Source: Candidatus Sumerlaeaceae bacterium (lineage in GTDB: Bacteria > Sumerlaeota > Sumerlaeia > Sumerlaeales > Sumerlaeaceae). Taken from it: DNA of 64,000 bases. Below, in pieces: positions 9,391-19,583 of the stretch. Numbering within the stretch: the first letter of the stretch is position 1; each line of letters starts with the position of its first letter. The translations under genes were made by a program, and so were the position numbers. Under the pieces are notes generated by a model. It ran no database searches and had not been told where the DNA came from. It saw nothing but the letters and a program-made list of their open reading frames with translations. The stretch lies in NCBI GenBank assembly GCA_049968255.1, contig JBMFRB010000002.1, positions 153,772-217,771 on the forward strand. Direction: 5' to 3'.

Positions 9391-10977
9391 CTAAGCTTTC
9401 CCTAAGATGGCGATTAGTTGTTCGGGCGTGTGAGCGTCTACAAAGTCGCGGAACGATTCACCATTTTGGGCCCATGCTTCGAACGCTTTACACAGACGAA
9501 CCAGGGTTGGAGCCAAGGCCGACGCTGGCACCTTGCGCATAATAGTCTCAGCAAATCGGGGCTGCGCGCCGGTTCCACCGCCGAGTTGGATGTCGTAAAC
9601 CTCCACGGGTTGACCTTCAACTTTGGTCAGGCCGCCGCGCAACCCAATGTCGGCGATGGCAGTCTGGCCGCAGTTATTGGGGCAGCCACTTATGTGGATC
9701 CTCAACTTCCGGTGAAAGTTTGGCAAGGCTTCCTCAAGCTTACGCGAGAGTTCGATGGATAAAGCTTTAGTCTCAGTGATGGCGAGGTTGCAGAACTCGG
9801 TTCCGGTGCAGGCTACCATATAGCGCCGGAAGCTACTTGGTCGAGGAGAAAATCCCAGCGCCTCGAGGTCATGAACAACATGGGGGATGTTGTCTTTGGG
9901 AATATGCGTAATAATGAAATTTTGCTTATTTGTGTTGCGAAGAGTGGCGTGAGTCGAGTACTGGTCCACAATGTCCGCCAGGCGCAGGAGTCTATCAGCT
10001 GAAGTCCGGCCCGACGTGACACCCACTCCAACGTAGTAGAGGCCGTCCTGTTTTTGCGGATGAATGCCGAGATGATCGTCTTCTGTGTCGGCAGGTGGGG
10101 GCGGCGCGGTGTAACGTTCGAGCTGGTAGCCAAGCTTATTTTCCAAAAGGCGCAAAAAACCTTCCGCACCGATGCCTATTTTCGGATCGTGGATTAGGAA
10201 CTTGAGTCGAGCTTTTCCACGATCTTCGCGCAGCACGTCGCTATCACGGAAAATCGTAGTGATTTCGCGCACGACGTCAAAAACTTGATCGTAAGAGAGA
10301 AACACATTGAGATCAGCGGCAAAATAGGGGCGTGTTGACAGCCCGCCACCCACCATGAGGCCAAAACCGAACTCGTAGCGATTGCCAACTTTCCGCTCGA
10401 TGCCATATAATCCTACGTCGTTAATCTGCGGTTGGGCGCATCTCTGTCGGCACCCTGCGATCGAAATTTTGTACTTACGGGGGAGATTGGAAAACTCTTT
10501 GTTGCCCGTGAGGTAGGTGCTGATGCGCTTCACCAAGGGGCTTGCGTCGCAGATCTCCGTGCCGTCGATCCCTGCAATAGGGCAGCCGACAACGTTACGG
10601 GTCACGTCGCCGCATGCACCAACGGTGTGCAGTCCCACTCGTTGCAGCCGGTGGAAGATCTCGGGCACATTCTCGATCCGGATCCAGTGAAGTTGGTAGT
10701 TTTGGCGTGTCGTGATATCAACTAACCCTCTTCCGAACTCCTGGGCGATGGCGGCTACCTCGCGGACCTGATTTGCCAACAGATCGCCGTTGGGAATCTT
10801 GACCCGAAGCATGAAATAACCATTTTTGGGTTTTTGCTGATACAATCCATACCACCGGAAGAGATCGACGTACTCGCGATCCATTTTCTCGAACCCAGCC
10901 GCGGCGGCTCGAATGATATCTTCCAAAACGTCCAAGCCGTCCTTCTGTCTTTTTAGGTGTTCAACAGTCGTAGCCAT
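9391..10977 (-). CDS. Ferredoxin-dependent nitrite/sulfite reductase hemoprotein (siroheme/[4Fe-4S] family)
   Basis: 528 aa, ATG at 10977. Two nitrite/sulfite reductase ferredoxin-like half domains with Cys cluster motifs (CTGTEFCNLAITETK ... CPNNCGQ ... CRQRCAQPQ). Whether it is NirA or Sir cannot be decided from context. Confidence 0.8.
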   Translation of the reverse strand: MATTVEHLKRQKDGLDVLEDIIRAAAAGFEKMDREYVDLFRWYGLYQQKPKNGYFMLRVKIPNGDLLANQVREVAAIAQEFGRGLVDITTRQNYQLHWIRIENVPEIFHRLQRVGLHTVGACGDVTRNVVGCPIAGIDGTEICDASPLVKRISTYLTGNKEFSNLPRKYKISIAGCRQRCAQPQINDVGLYGIERKVGNRYEFGFGLMVGGGLSTRPYFAADLNVFLSYDQVFDVVREITTIFRDSDVLREDRGKARLKFLIHDPKIGIGAEGFLRLLENKLGYQLERYTAPPPPADTEDDHLGIHPQKQDGLYYVGVGVTSGRTSADRLLRLADIVDQYSTHATLRNTNKQNFIITHIPKDNIPHVVHDLEALGFSPRPSSFRRYMVACTGTEFCNLAITETKALSIELSRKLEEALPNFHRKLRIHISGCPNNCGQTAIADIGLRGGLTKVEGQPVEVYDIQLGGGTGAQPRFAETIMRKVPASALAPTLVRLCKAFEAWAQNGESFRDFVDAHTPEQLIAILGKA

Positions 10978-11171
10978 TGTGAATTTCCCTATATATCCAG
11001 TAGATTATTAGTTTATTATTCCAGACAAATCGTCTTATTCGTTCACACTGGAGGTGCTTAAGCAAAACCGCCAACGTACGCGGCTTCATGTCGCGCCACG
11101 ATTTAGTTGTCTGCTCGGGCTCGGAAAAAGTGCAGCGGCCCCGTCGCGAGGTTTTTCGTAGGGGGACCTTT

Positions 11172-12890
11172 TCACTTCACATATTCGCTAATCACGCTGC
11201 GGACAATTGGGTTGCGTGCCAGGGCCTCGGAAGCCTCCGAATACGAGAAACGTCCCGTAGCCAACAGAAGGGCTTTGGGTACAACCTTTTCCACATTTTT
11301 GGCGATCTCAATACACAAGCTAATGGAAGCTTCCCGCTGCGCCTCTGTTAGCTCATCTGTTTGGAAAATGGACTTCAGCAGAGCTTCCAAAGCTTCCTCC
11401 GCGGACACCCCCATAAGGTCCGTGATGATCGAAATTGTCCGATGAAAAAGTTTATTATTGGAAATACGCAGGTCAACCATGCGGTTTCCAAAAACTTTCC
11501 CCGCCAAAATATGCCCACCAGTCGTCGTTGCGTTCAGCACAAGCTTAATGGCCATTTCGAGAGGAGCGACGCCGAGGTGTGGATGAACGGAAATTGGTAA
11601 GTTTACCACGATGTCCGCTTCGGGTGGCTCCCCGCTCCAGTGAAGGCCAGCCATATGTGCACCACTGCGGCGAATGTCTTCAAGTAGATTGTGACTATCG
11701 GCGGGCTTACCTATGAAAATGCAAAGATCATCCTCTTTGAGCTTCGGGAGTTTGTTCCGTCGAAAATCATCAAGCGAAACCTGGTAATGAGCGGCTCGCG
11801 AAGACAAATCGACCGACCCATCGGGGAAGAGGCATCTCCAACCACTTTCAACGAAGCCGCGCACGTCTTCGAAATCTGCTCCGAAGGTCGGGGGGCACTC
11901 GGATGCATCAATTAGGCCTAAAATTCCTCCATCTACCGCTGCGTACTCACCCGCATTGAGCCGCATCCGTCCTGCATTCCCGAGGTAGTAGATGTGGCAT
12001 TTCTTGCGGAGTGCGTTTCCGCCCCACGCGATGAGCTGTGCGATTTTGTCAGCTTCTAAATAGGTTGTACGATATGCAGTTTCGTATTCCCGCAGGCACT
12101 GCAACACATACGCATCGAGGTCCTCTTCGTGCAGACCGCCTTTTAGCAGCTGGAATGCGCTAGAGAAAACAATTTCCAACACAATCTTTGTCGCAGTGCC
12201 GCTTTTCATGCGGGTGGAGCCCGTGATGGGCTCGGGGCCAACGATGGGATTCAGAATGGTGCCGTTTGGTGCCCCTGCCACCTTTTCTGCCGTAGCCTTG
12301 AACGAAAATGGCCAACCTTCCACCGGTGTTGAGCGGGCTAAGTCGACTGGATTGAAACCAACGAGTACGGCATGCCAGTTTCGGGTTTCGAGCGCGAGTT
12401 CAAGTTGACCCGCAATGTAGGGTGCGCTGAAACCGCACGTGATCCCAAAATAAAGCACGCGTGGCGCACCCTGCGCTAATTGTCTCAGTTCTTGTTGCGC
12501 TTTGTAAGGATCGTCTTCAGCTCCCTCTTGCGCTTGAATAAGTGCGGGTGGGCCGCCAGCAATCAGGAAGCGGAAAGGTTCGTAGCCAAGCGCACGCCAT
12601 GCCGTGTTGAACTCGCGTGCAAGAAACATCGCAAGGCGCCCACTCGTCCCGGCCCCACTCAAGACAATCACATTTTTCTGATCAGAGCAAAAGTCACGCA
12701 CGAGCTTTGCGCTGCGCGCCATAGCGTCGATGCAAGGCCGATCGTAGAAGCCGGCATAAGTACTGTAGCCTGCAAAAATCTGGGCGTCGGTTTGCCTAAG
12801 CAGCCGCACAATCCCGACGGGCGGAGCTAAATCAATATCAGTCGTCAATGGATTTGGTGTCTCTGTGAGCGACCGCAGTTTGCGCTCCAT
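11172..12890 (-). CDS. Glucokinase-regulatory-protein (GCKR)/MurQ-family protein with two SIS domains
   Basis: The ORF track start (13037) is TTG. ATG at 12890 has a purine-rich RBS (GGAAGGGGAAAGGG). The product is collinear with vertebrate GCKR along its whole length: LTETPNPLTTDIDL, VLSGAGTSGRLA, FLIAGG, GxSAPYxAGQ, VLVGFNPV, LNPxxGPExxxGSxRMKxGxATKIxLE, and the C-terminal GKVxxNxMxDLRISNxKLF. Confidence 0.8.
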   Translation of the reverse strand: MERKLRSLTETPNPLTTDIDLAPPVGIVRLLRQTDAQIFAGYSTYAGFYDRPCIDAMARSAKLVRDFCSDQKNVIVLSGAGTSGRLAMFLAREFNTAWRALGYEPFRFLIAGGPPALIQAQEGAEDDPYKAQQELRQLAQGAPRVLYFGITCGFSAPYIAGQLELALETRNWHAVLVGFNPVDLARSTPVEGWPFSFKATAEKVAGAPNGTILNPIVGPEPITGSTRMKSGTATKIVLEIVFSSAFQLLKGGLHEEDLDAYVLQCLREYETAYRTTYLEADKIAQLIAWGGNALRKKCHIYYLGNAGRMRLNAGEYAAVDGGILGLIDASECPPTFGADFEDVRGFVESGWRCLFPDGSVDLSSRAAHYQVSLDDFRRNKLPKLKEDDLCIFIGKPADSHNLLEDIRRSGAHMAGLHWSGEPPEADIVVNLPISVHPHLGVAPLEMAIKLVLNATTTGGHILAGKVFGNRMVDLRISNNKLFHRTISIITDLMGVSAEEALEALLKSIFQTDELTEAQREASISLCIEIAKNVEKVVPKALLLATGRFSYSEASEALARNPIVRSVISEYVK

Positions 12891-13000
12891 TTTACCCTTT
12901 CCCCTTCCCATTTTTTGGCAAGTCGTCGCTTGGAAGTGCGCCAGCAAACGTCTCTTTTCCCAAGCTGCGGGCTCCAACCGTGCGCGCTCAGAAACGTCTT

Positions 13001-14036
13001 TCAACGAAGAAAAACAGGGACAGATACATCGCTCCAATACGTGCCATCTTCTCTTACGGGGGCGATAGCTAGTGCAAAGACGTTGGATTCATCTGGTGTC
13101 GTGCTCCAAAAGCGAGCGCCAGCCCGTGCTCCAGCGAAGCTAATGGTGCTGACAAAATTCCCATTCTTGTCGACGGCAATTTTTTGAGCCCAGACCGGCA
13201 CTCCACCATCTGGCGGCATTAGGTACACGACAATTTGCCGGCAACTGCGCGAGACCTTTCCCGCGAGAACATAGATGGCGTCGCACCTGAGTTTCACGGA
13301 AATGAGAGAGCTTTGCGTGACATGAATAGCATTCGTAGTAAACACCTGATGAGGGAAGGGTGAATCACCCGGAAAGCTGTAGGCACTCTCGAGAGCATTC
13401 TGAGAGAAGTACTCCTTTCCTTCCTCCGGCACACCGTCTGGGCAATCTACGAACCTCGCAGGAAGTGATTGTCCTACGGCATTCTGCACCTGGAAATGTA
13501 AATGCGGTTTAGTGGAGTAGCCAGTGTTGCCGCTTTTGGCGATCGGCTGCCCGCGACACACGATGTCGCCTTCCCGCACGAGTGCCGAGTGGGCCTTTAG
13601 ATGCAAATACTGGCTAAAAATGCCATGGCCGTGATCAATGATGATTCGATTAGCTCGGGTGCGCCCTTTTGGATCAAACGTCGGAGCAGTGTAACTTTGC
13701 TGAACGCACACCACTCGACCGCCCGCTGCGGCACAAACGGTTTCTCCCTCCGGTAAGTCAAAATCCCAAGCGTAGTGATTGAAGCCATAATGGCTGAAGC
13801 GCCCACCAAAACCCTGAATCACACGAAATGCTTTTCCTTTCTCGTACGGTAGGCAAAACATGATCCCACTAGTAGCGACGTCGCACAGGTCAGTTGAAGC
13901 CACGTCGGCATCTTGCGCTCCTGCCCAAGGCGCGTAGCTCCACACGACCACAAGAAGCCAGGTCTGGATCACGCGCACGCAAGGACGTTTGTTACGCCAA
14001 AATTTGCAGAGAAAAGCCTTTGTCATTATCTGTCCT
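13001..14036 (-). CDS. M23-family peptidoglycan metalloendopeptidase (secreted)
   Basis: ATG at 14036 gives a signal peptide (MTKAFLCKFWRNKRPCVRVIQTWLLVVVWSYAPWAGA). M23 motifs are present: HYAWDF, IIIDHGHGIFSQYLHL and GNTGYSTKPHLHFQV. Confidence 0.8.
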
Positions 14037-14225
14037 AGGATACCAAAGCCCACCCCTGATTCAACTCGATCCTTGCCGCAGAACCTGCCAGAGGATTGGC
14101 GATCCTCTTTGTCGTTTGGTGCTGGGCTCCATCAGGCGCGAGCATCGCGTAGCCAAGCTTGCTTGAGCGCTGTCCTTGAAACTTGTTTGATTTCCCTGTT
14201 TTAGCAGGGGATTTTACGTGAGCAG

Positions 14226-15284
14226 ATGTTTACGCAAATTCTATCGCAACCCGAAGTTGTGGCCGTTGCTGTCAGTGCAAGTGTTTGCTACGTTGCTACC
14301 TGGATTGTCCGGGGAGCCATGTGGCGTTTGGGCGTTCTGGACATCCCCACTGGCGAGCGAAAGCGCCATCGCTACCCTGTGCCTTATGAAGGGGGCGTTG
14401 CCATGTATCTGGGGTTCATCTCCGGCCTTGTTTCGTACGCACTCATGGATTGCTCGGCGCTATTGTGGTACGACGTCGCTAAAGCCCTTGTCATTGGCGC
14501 CACAGCCAGCACTGCGATTGGGGTGATTGACGATGTCCTGGATCTTCGCCCGTGGGCTAAGTTTATTGCCCAGCTCTTCATTGGAGTGCTTATGTATCAT
14601 TTCGGCTTCCGGATCGAACGGATCAGCAATCCCTTCGGCAACGAAGTCAGTGTCATGGGTGGAGTGAGTTTGCTTGGGACGGTGCTGTGGTACGCGCTTC
14701 TTATGAATGGGATAAATATGATAGATGGAGTTGATGGCTTAGCGGCTGGCATCGTGGCAATCTCAGGCGCGACGCTTGGTCTTATTGCGCTGGATCTTCA
14801 ACAACCCGTGGCAGCAGTGGTTGCGTTCATTTTGAGCGCCGTCTGCCTTGGGTTTCTTCCTCACAATTTTTATCCCGCGCGAATTTTCATGGGTGATGCT
14901 GGCAGCTTGTTGCTTGGCTTTCTTCTGGCTTCCCTCACTCTCATGTCGAGCAGTAAAACGCCAGCGGTCCTCACACTGGCGGTCCCAATTGTAGCCGTCT
15001 GCCTTCCGCTTTTTGAGACGCTCTTTGCTTTTGCTCGACGGGTGGCAAAGGGCCAGCATCCTTTCAAAGGAGATCGCAGCCACCTGCATCACCGGTTTTT
15101 GGATTTGGGATTTACCGAGCGCCGCACTGTCCTTATTCTCTACTATCTCACGGCCTACGTCGGCGTCATTGCCTACGTGTTGCAAAAACTCGATTCGCGT
15201 CTGACTCTGCTCATGGCCTTTTTCCTTGGGCTGGGTCTCTATCTGCTCGCGGAGAGCTTGGCGTTTCTGCGGCGCCGCAGTTAG
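14226..15284 (+). CDS. UDP-GlcNAc:undecaprenyl-phosphate GlcNAc-1-phosphate transferase (WecA/TagO family)
   Basis: 352 aa polytopic membrane protein. DDxxD (GVIDDVLDL), NMIDGVDGLAAG, and a C-terminal SHLHHRFLDLGF that resembles WecA rather than the MraY HHHxE motif. Confidence 0.75.
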   Translation: MFTQILSQPEVVAVAVSASVCYVATWIVRGAMWRLGVLDIPTGERKRHRYPVPYEGGVAMYLGFISGLVSYALMDCSALLWYDVAKALVIGATASTAIGVIDDVLDLRPWAKFIAQLFIGVLMYHFGFRIERISNPFGNEVSVMGGVSLLGTVLWYALLMNGINMIDGVDGLAAGIVAISGATLGLIALDLQQPVAAVVAFILSAVCLGFLPHNFYPARIFMGDAGSLLLGFLLASLTLMSSSKTPAVLTLAVPIVAVCLPLFETLFAFARRVAKGQHPFKGDRSHLHHRFLDLGFTERRTVLILYYLTAYVGVIAYVLQKLDSRLTLLMAFFLGLGLYLLAESLAFLRRRS

Positions 15285-15296
15285 CCGGTTGTTCGC

Positions 15297-16004
15297 TCAG
15301 CGTTTCTTGCGGCGCATGGTTTTCAGGCGCTCCCAAGCGTCCAGACGCCGTTGAATTGGCGCTGCGATTTTAGAATTTAACTCGTCAATATGCTCTTTGA
15401 TCCTCGTACGGTCATCGAGCCGCTGAACCTGTATCGGCTGATGATAGGTGACGATGATCGGTCGGAACCAACGTGGCAAAAAATTGTGTCGTGGCCAAGC
15501 CTCGAATGCGCCGACTATCGAAACCGGCACAATCGTCGCACCTGTTGCGAGTGCAAGCCGTGCTACACCGGGCTCAAACGGGCAAAGACGCCCCGCCGCA
15601 CTCCGGCCACCTTCGGGAAAAATGAGCACAACCTCATTGTTCTTTAGCACTTTCAGTGTTTCAACAATTGCGCTCTTATCTGGAGCCTCCTGCTTCACCG
15701 GAAACGCACCGTAGAGACTTATAAACCAACCCAAGATCGGCACTCGGAACAATGGCTCCATGGCCATGAATCGCATGCGGTAAGGGATCCCGGCAGGAAT
15801 CACGCATGCATCATAATAGGAAACGTGATTTGGTGCAATGATCGCAGGACCATGCTGTGGCAAACTGTCCTGCCTACGGTAGCGGAGAAAGTGAAAGATG
15901 CGAAAATAAACAATAAAACAAATTCGCGTTATCTCCCAAAGAAGATTTGTCCGGAGAATATCGCCTTTCGGTCGGGCCAGCCCTGGCATGAGTTTCTTCA
16001 TCAT
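15297..16004 (-). CDS. plsC: 1-acyl-sn-glycerol-3-phosphate acyltransferase
   Basis: Lysophospholipid acyltransferase HX4D motif (APNHVSYYDA), FPEGGRS motif and an N-terminal membrane anchor. Start chosen at ATG 16004 (MMKKLMPG...); the longer ORF to 16139 is probably not translated. Confidence 0.75.
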   Translation of the reverse strand: MMKKLMPGLARPKGDILRTNLLWEITRICFIVYFRIFHFLRYRRQDSLPQHGPAIIAPNHVSYYDACVIPAGIPYRMRFMAMEPLFRVPILGWFISLYGAFPVKQEAPDKSAIVETLKVLKNNEVVLIFPEGGRSAAGRLCPFEPGVARLALATGATIVPVSIVGAFEAWPRHNFLPRWFRPIIVTYHQPIQVQRLDDRTRIKEHIDELNSKIAAPIQRRLDAWERLKTMRRKKR

Positions 16005-16166
16005 TGTTCGTTCAGATGTCCGCCTGGTTTTTGCGCTTTGTGCACCTTTTGAAATTGCGTACTTATTTCGTCGTATACTAGAGGTTGTTCTTAGTTTTGC
16101 AAGGCCGCAGGGCAGTATCGACATGCGGACCATTGTCACATGTGGTTAGGAGCAAAGACCTAGGAT

Positions 16167-17672
16167 ATGCAAATCAGTGTTGTTTCGCTTCGTAAGGTTC
16201 GCCGCTACCACCGCAATTCTCTCCTTGCGCTTGTTCTGAAAGATTTTGCTCTGGTGCAGTCGCATATTCCCTCTACGTTGTCCGACGCTGGCTTGGCCTC
16301 CGTCCTGGGCCGTGTTCTTCCTCTTTGCGACAAAGAAGAGGCGCCCGACCTGTTTGCGTTCATAGGACCCGAGATGTTACCAGAACACTTGGCGATCTTT
16401 GTCCCTTCGCGGATGAGGAATATCCCCGAGGACGAAGCGCAGCGCTTGATCGGCGCGCGCGTGGTAAAATATGCGCGAGATCTTGGTGTGCAACGTGCCT
16501 ATGTGACGGCAATGCCGGGGCTATCTCACGACGTTTATCTACGTGTGGCAGAGGGCGCTGTCCTTGGTGGCTATTCGTTTACGCGTTACAAACGTACGGT
16601 TGAGCAATCTGGGGTCAATGTTTCACTTCTTTGCGACGATGCCGACTACAGCCTACTCCGCAAAAAGCTGGTGGATGTGCTGGTTGTGGCCGAACATCAG
16701 AATCGCATCCGCGATCTTGTGAACGAAACGCCGACGGAGTGTGGTCCGAGGCGGCTTGTTGAAGCAGCTCGTCGCCTAGGCCAAGCTGTCGGACTTGAGG
16801 TTGAGATTCTTGGGCCTCGTCAGCTGGAGCGCAATGGCTACACAGGTGTGTTGGCCGTAGGTAAAGGCGCCGATGAGCCTCCTGCTATGATGATCTTGCG
16901 CCATCCAGGCGCGCGGAAAAAGTCTGGTTCGCGCTTCGCCCTGGTTGGTAAGGCGGTGACGTTCGATACCGGGGGCTACTGCCTAAAACCAGGAAAAGAT
17001 ATGTGGGAGATGAAGGGAGACATGGCGGGTGGTGCAGCTGTGCTGGGCGCTATGGCTGCCCTTGCTCAGTTAGGCGTTGGCAAAGAAATTGTTGGCATTA
17101 TTCCCTGTGCGAAGAATCTCGTGAGCAGGACGGCTTACCTTCCAGGCGACGTCATCCGAACCAAAATTGGAAAGACAGTTCATGTGACCAACACCGACGC
17201 CGAGGGCCGTCTCTTGCTTGCTGACGCCCTGATACGGGCGGGCGAAGAAAACGCTTCCGTCATTGTGGACGTGGCAACCTTGACGGGCTCCGTTGTGCGA
17301 GCCCTAGGTGCTGCGGTGGCGGGAGTCATGGGCAACGACTCGCAGTTGGTTCGCGCCATCATGTCTGCTGGTGCAGCAGTTGGAGAGGCGTATTGGGAGC
17401 TTCCCCTCGTTGCGGAATACAAGGAGCAGCTCAAAAGCGACGTTGCGGACCTAGACAATGTCGGGAAATCTCCCAATGCGGGCGCCATTGTTGGCGGACT
17501 TTTCCTACAGGAGTTTGTTCCCGAAGGCACAAAATGGGCTCATCTCGACATCGCTGGCCCATTCTTGGTTGAAAAGCCGTGGCGTTACTACGGCCCAGGC
17601 GCAACGGGCTTTGGAGTTCGCACTCTCATCGAATTTGCGACTCGGTATGTAGGGGAGTTTTTGGAAGGTTAG
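16167..17672 (+). CDS. pepA: Leucyl aminopeptidase (M17)
   Basis: 501 aa. M17 signature NTDAEGRL (VHVTNTDAEGRLLLADAL) and metal-binding region (VGKAVTFDTGGY...GDMAGGAAV). Confidence 0.9.
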   Translation: MQISVVSLRKVRRYHRNSLLALVLKDFALVQSHIPSTLSDAGLASVLGRVLPLCDKEEAPDLFAFIGPEMLPEHLAIFVPSRMRNIPEDEAQRLIGARVVKYARDLGVQRAYVTAMPGLSHDVYLRVAEGAVLGGYSFTRYKRTVEQSGVNVSLLCDDADYSLLRKKLVDVLVVAEHQNRIRDLVNETPTECGPRRLVEAARRLGQAVGLEVEILGPRQLERNGYTGVLAVGKGADEPPAMMILRHPGARKKSGSRFALVGKAVTFDTGGYCLKPGKDMWEMKGDMAGGAAVLGAMAALAQLGVGKEIVGIIPCAKNLVSRTAYLPGDVIRTKIGKTVHVTNTDAEGRLLLADALIRAGEENASVIVDVATLTGSVVRALGAAVAGVMGNDSQLVRAIMSAGAAVGEAYWELPLVAEYKEQLKSDVADLDNVGKSPNAGAIVGGLFLQEFVPEGTKWAHLDIAGPFLVEKPWRYYGPGATGFGVRTLIEFATRYVGEFLEG

Positions 17673-17699
17673 GACTGAGCGAGCTGGAGGTGCGGGAAG

Positions 17700-18440
17700 A
17701 TGTGGTCGTCGTTCACAAAAGACGAGAAAAAACTTTTCATCTTTCTCCTCCTTCTTTTGGGTGTAGGCGCCCTCGTGCTTCCTTACTTCGATGAGCGTCG
17801 CAGGACCGACATTTTCACGGCCCAATCGGTTGCGGATGCTAAACGTACTGCCGAGCGACAAGAATCGGGGCGTGCACTGCGTACGCAAACGGGCGCGCGA
17901 GGTTCACAGCGCAATGGGCCCCTCGATCTCAACACAGCAACCGAGGCTCAGCTCGTCGCGCTGCCTGGCCTAGGTCCCGTGCGAGCAGCTGCCATTGTTG
18001 CGTATCGAGAGCAATACGGGCCATTTGCTTCCTTACAGGATTTGGGCAAAGTACACGGCATCGGCAAAGCAACTCTCCGCGGGCTCGAAGGATTTGTCAC
18101 TGTAGGGCGGCCCAACGTTGGAATAACTACTGGTGTTGCTGAGCAAAATTTGAGGACATTTGGTTTCACTCCGACACCGATTGCCATCCTGCCAACGAAG
18201 CCACAGTCGGTTTCGTTTCTGCCATCACCATCCCCGGCGCTTGCTAGTGTGCTCGATTTGAATTCTGCTACCGTGCAGGAACTGGCCGAGCTCGAACAAA
18301 TTGGCCCGATCTTGGCGCAGCGTATAGTTGATTACCGCAATCAGCATGGGCGCTTTTCGAGCGTGGAGGAGCTCGACAAGGTGCAGGGCATTGGGAAAAA
18401 GCGGATTGAACGAAACCGACATCGCCTGACAGTGCGCTAG
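17700..18440 (+). CDS. comEA: ComEA-family helix-hairpin-helix DNA-binding protein with two tandem ComEA domains
   Basis: N-terminal membrane anchor, then two copies of the ComEA HhH unit: LDLNTATEAQLVALPGLGPVRAAAIVAYREQYGPFASLQDLGKVHGIGKATL and LDLNSATVQELAELEQIGPILAQRIVDYRNQHGRFSSVEELDKVQGIGKKRI. Confidence 0.8.
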   Translation: MWSSFTKDEKKLFIFLLLLLGVGALVLPYFDERRRTDIFTAQSVADAKRTAERQESGRALRTQTGARGSQRNGPLDLNTATEAQLVALPGLGPVRAAAIVAYREQYGPFASLQDLGKVHGIGKATLRGLEGFVTVGRPNVGITTGVAEQNLRTFGFTPTPIAILPTKPQSVSFLPSPSPALASVLDLNSATVQELAELEQIGPILAQRIVDYRNQHGRFSSVEELDKVQGIGKKRIERNRHRLTVR

Positions 18441-18446
18441 TGTAGT

Positions 18447-19577
18447 TTAGAGGTAAATCCGCGGCAGGCGCAGTCCCACTCTCGTGGTTAGCTCGTAGCC
18501 GATAGTTCCGATCTTGTCCGCTACTTCCTCTGCCCGGAGCATGAGATTACCACTGCGCCCAAAGGCGAGAACCTCATCCCCAATTACGACTTCGGGGATA
18601 TCAGTCACATCGAGTAGAGAAAGATCCATGCACACGCGTCCGACCTGTGGGGCGAGCACCCCGCGCAATCCCATCTGAGTTTTATTGCTGGCGTGTCGCG
18701 GGTAGCCATCGGCGTAACCAAGTGGCACTGTGGCAATGCGTGAGTGGCGGGTCGTGATGAATGTGTGGCCGTAGCTCAGGCCAGTGCCGGGCGGCACCTC
18801 CTTTACGAAGATCACTCGCGACTTCATGCTCATTGCCGGGATAAGATTCGGACGCGCGACAACATCGAAACTGGGCAACTGCCCGTAGAGACTGATTCCT
18901 GGCCGCACCGCATCAAAATGAGATTCAGGAAAATCCAGCAATGCTGCAGAGTTTGCCAGATGAAAACAAGGAATGCGAAAGCCGCCGGCCTCGATCGTTT
19001 CTCTCACATCCGCAAAGGTTGCAATCTGCCGGCGAGTAAGTTCGCGCTCAGGGGTATCGGCGCACGGAAGATGACTCATCACTCCAGCGATTGCGAGACA
19101 ATCGTAACTGGCAACTTTTCGCACGAAATCTATGACGTCACTTGGCGCGACACCAAGCCGCCCCATTCCCACATCAACTTTCACATGGACACGAGCGGGT
19201 TTGCCAAGAACTCTCGCCGCCGCGGCAAGCGCCTCGAAATGTTCCTGAGCACACACGACTGCTTCACACCCCAAACCAACGAGTAATTGTGCCTGGCCTT
19301 GCAGAGGTGGTCCGAAAACGAGCACGCGCGAAGCAATACCCGCGGCACGTAACTCGGCGGCTTCTTCGCATCGCGCGACGCACAAAACTGGCGCGCCCTC
19401 ATCCAGCAAGGCACGAGCAGTAGGCACCGCGCCATGTCCATAGGCATCCGCTTTGATTACGCCAAAAACTAGGACTTGTGAGCTAACGCGTTTTCGCAGC
19501 TCGCGATAATTGTGGCGAATGGCGCTCAGATCTATCTCCAGCCACGACAGCGGTTCAGCCTCAGCCAGTTTAGCCAT
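18447..19577 (-). CDS. alr: Alanine racemase
   Basis: PLP-lysine motif (VIKADAYGHG) with N-terminal TIM-barrel and C-terminal beta domain. 376 aa. Confidence 0.9.
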   Translation of the reverse strand: MAKLAEAEPLSWLEIDLSAIRHNYRELRKRVSSQVLVFGVIKADAYGHGAVPTARALLDEGAPVLCVARCEEAAELRAAGIASRVLVFGPPLQGQAQLLVGLGCEAVVCAQEHFEALAAAARVLGKPARVHVKVDVGMGRLGVAPSDVIDFVRKVASYDCLAIAGVMSHLPCADTPERELTRRQIATFADVRETIEAGGFRIPCFHLANSAALLDFPESHFDAVRPGISLYGQLPSFDVVARPNLIPAMSMKSRVIFVKEVPPGTGLSYGHTFITTRHSRIATVPLGYADGYPRHASNKTQMGLRGVLAPQVGRVCMDLSLLDVTDIPEVVIGDEVLAFGRSGNLMLRAEEVADKIGTIGYELTTRVGLRLPRIYL

Positions 19578-19583
19578 TGTTTC

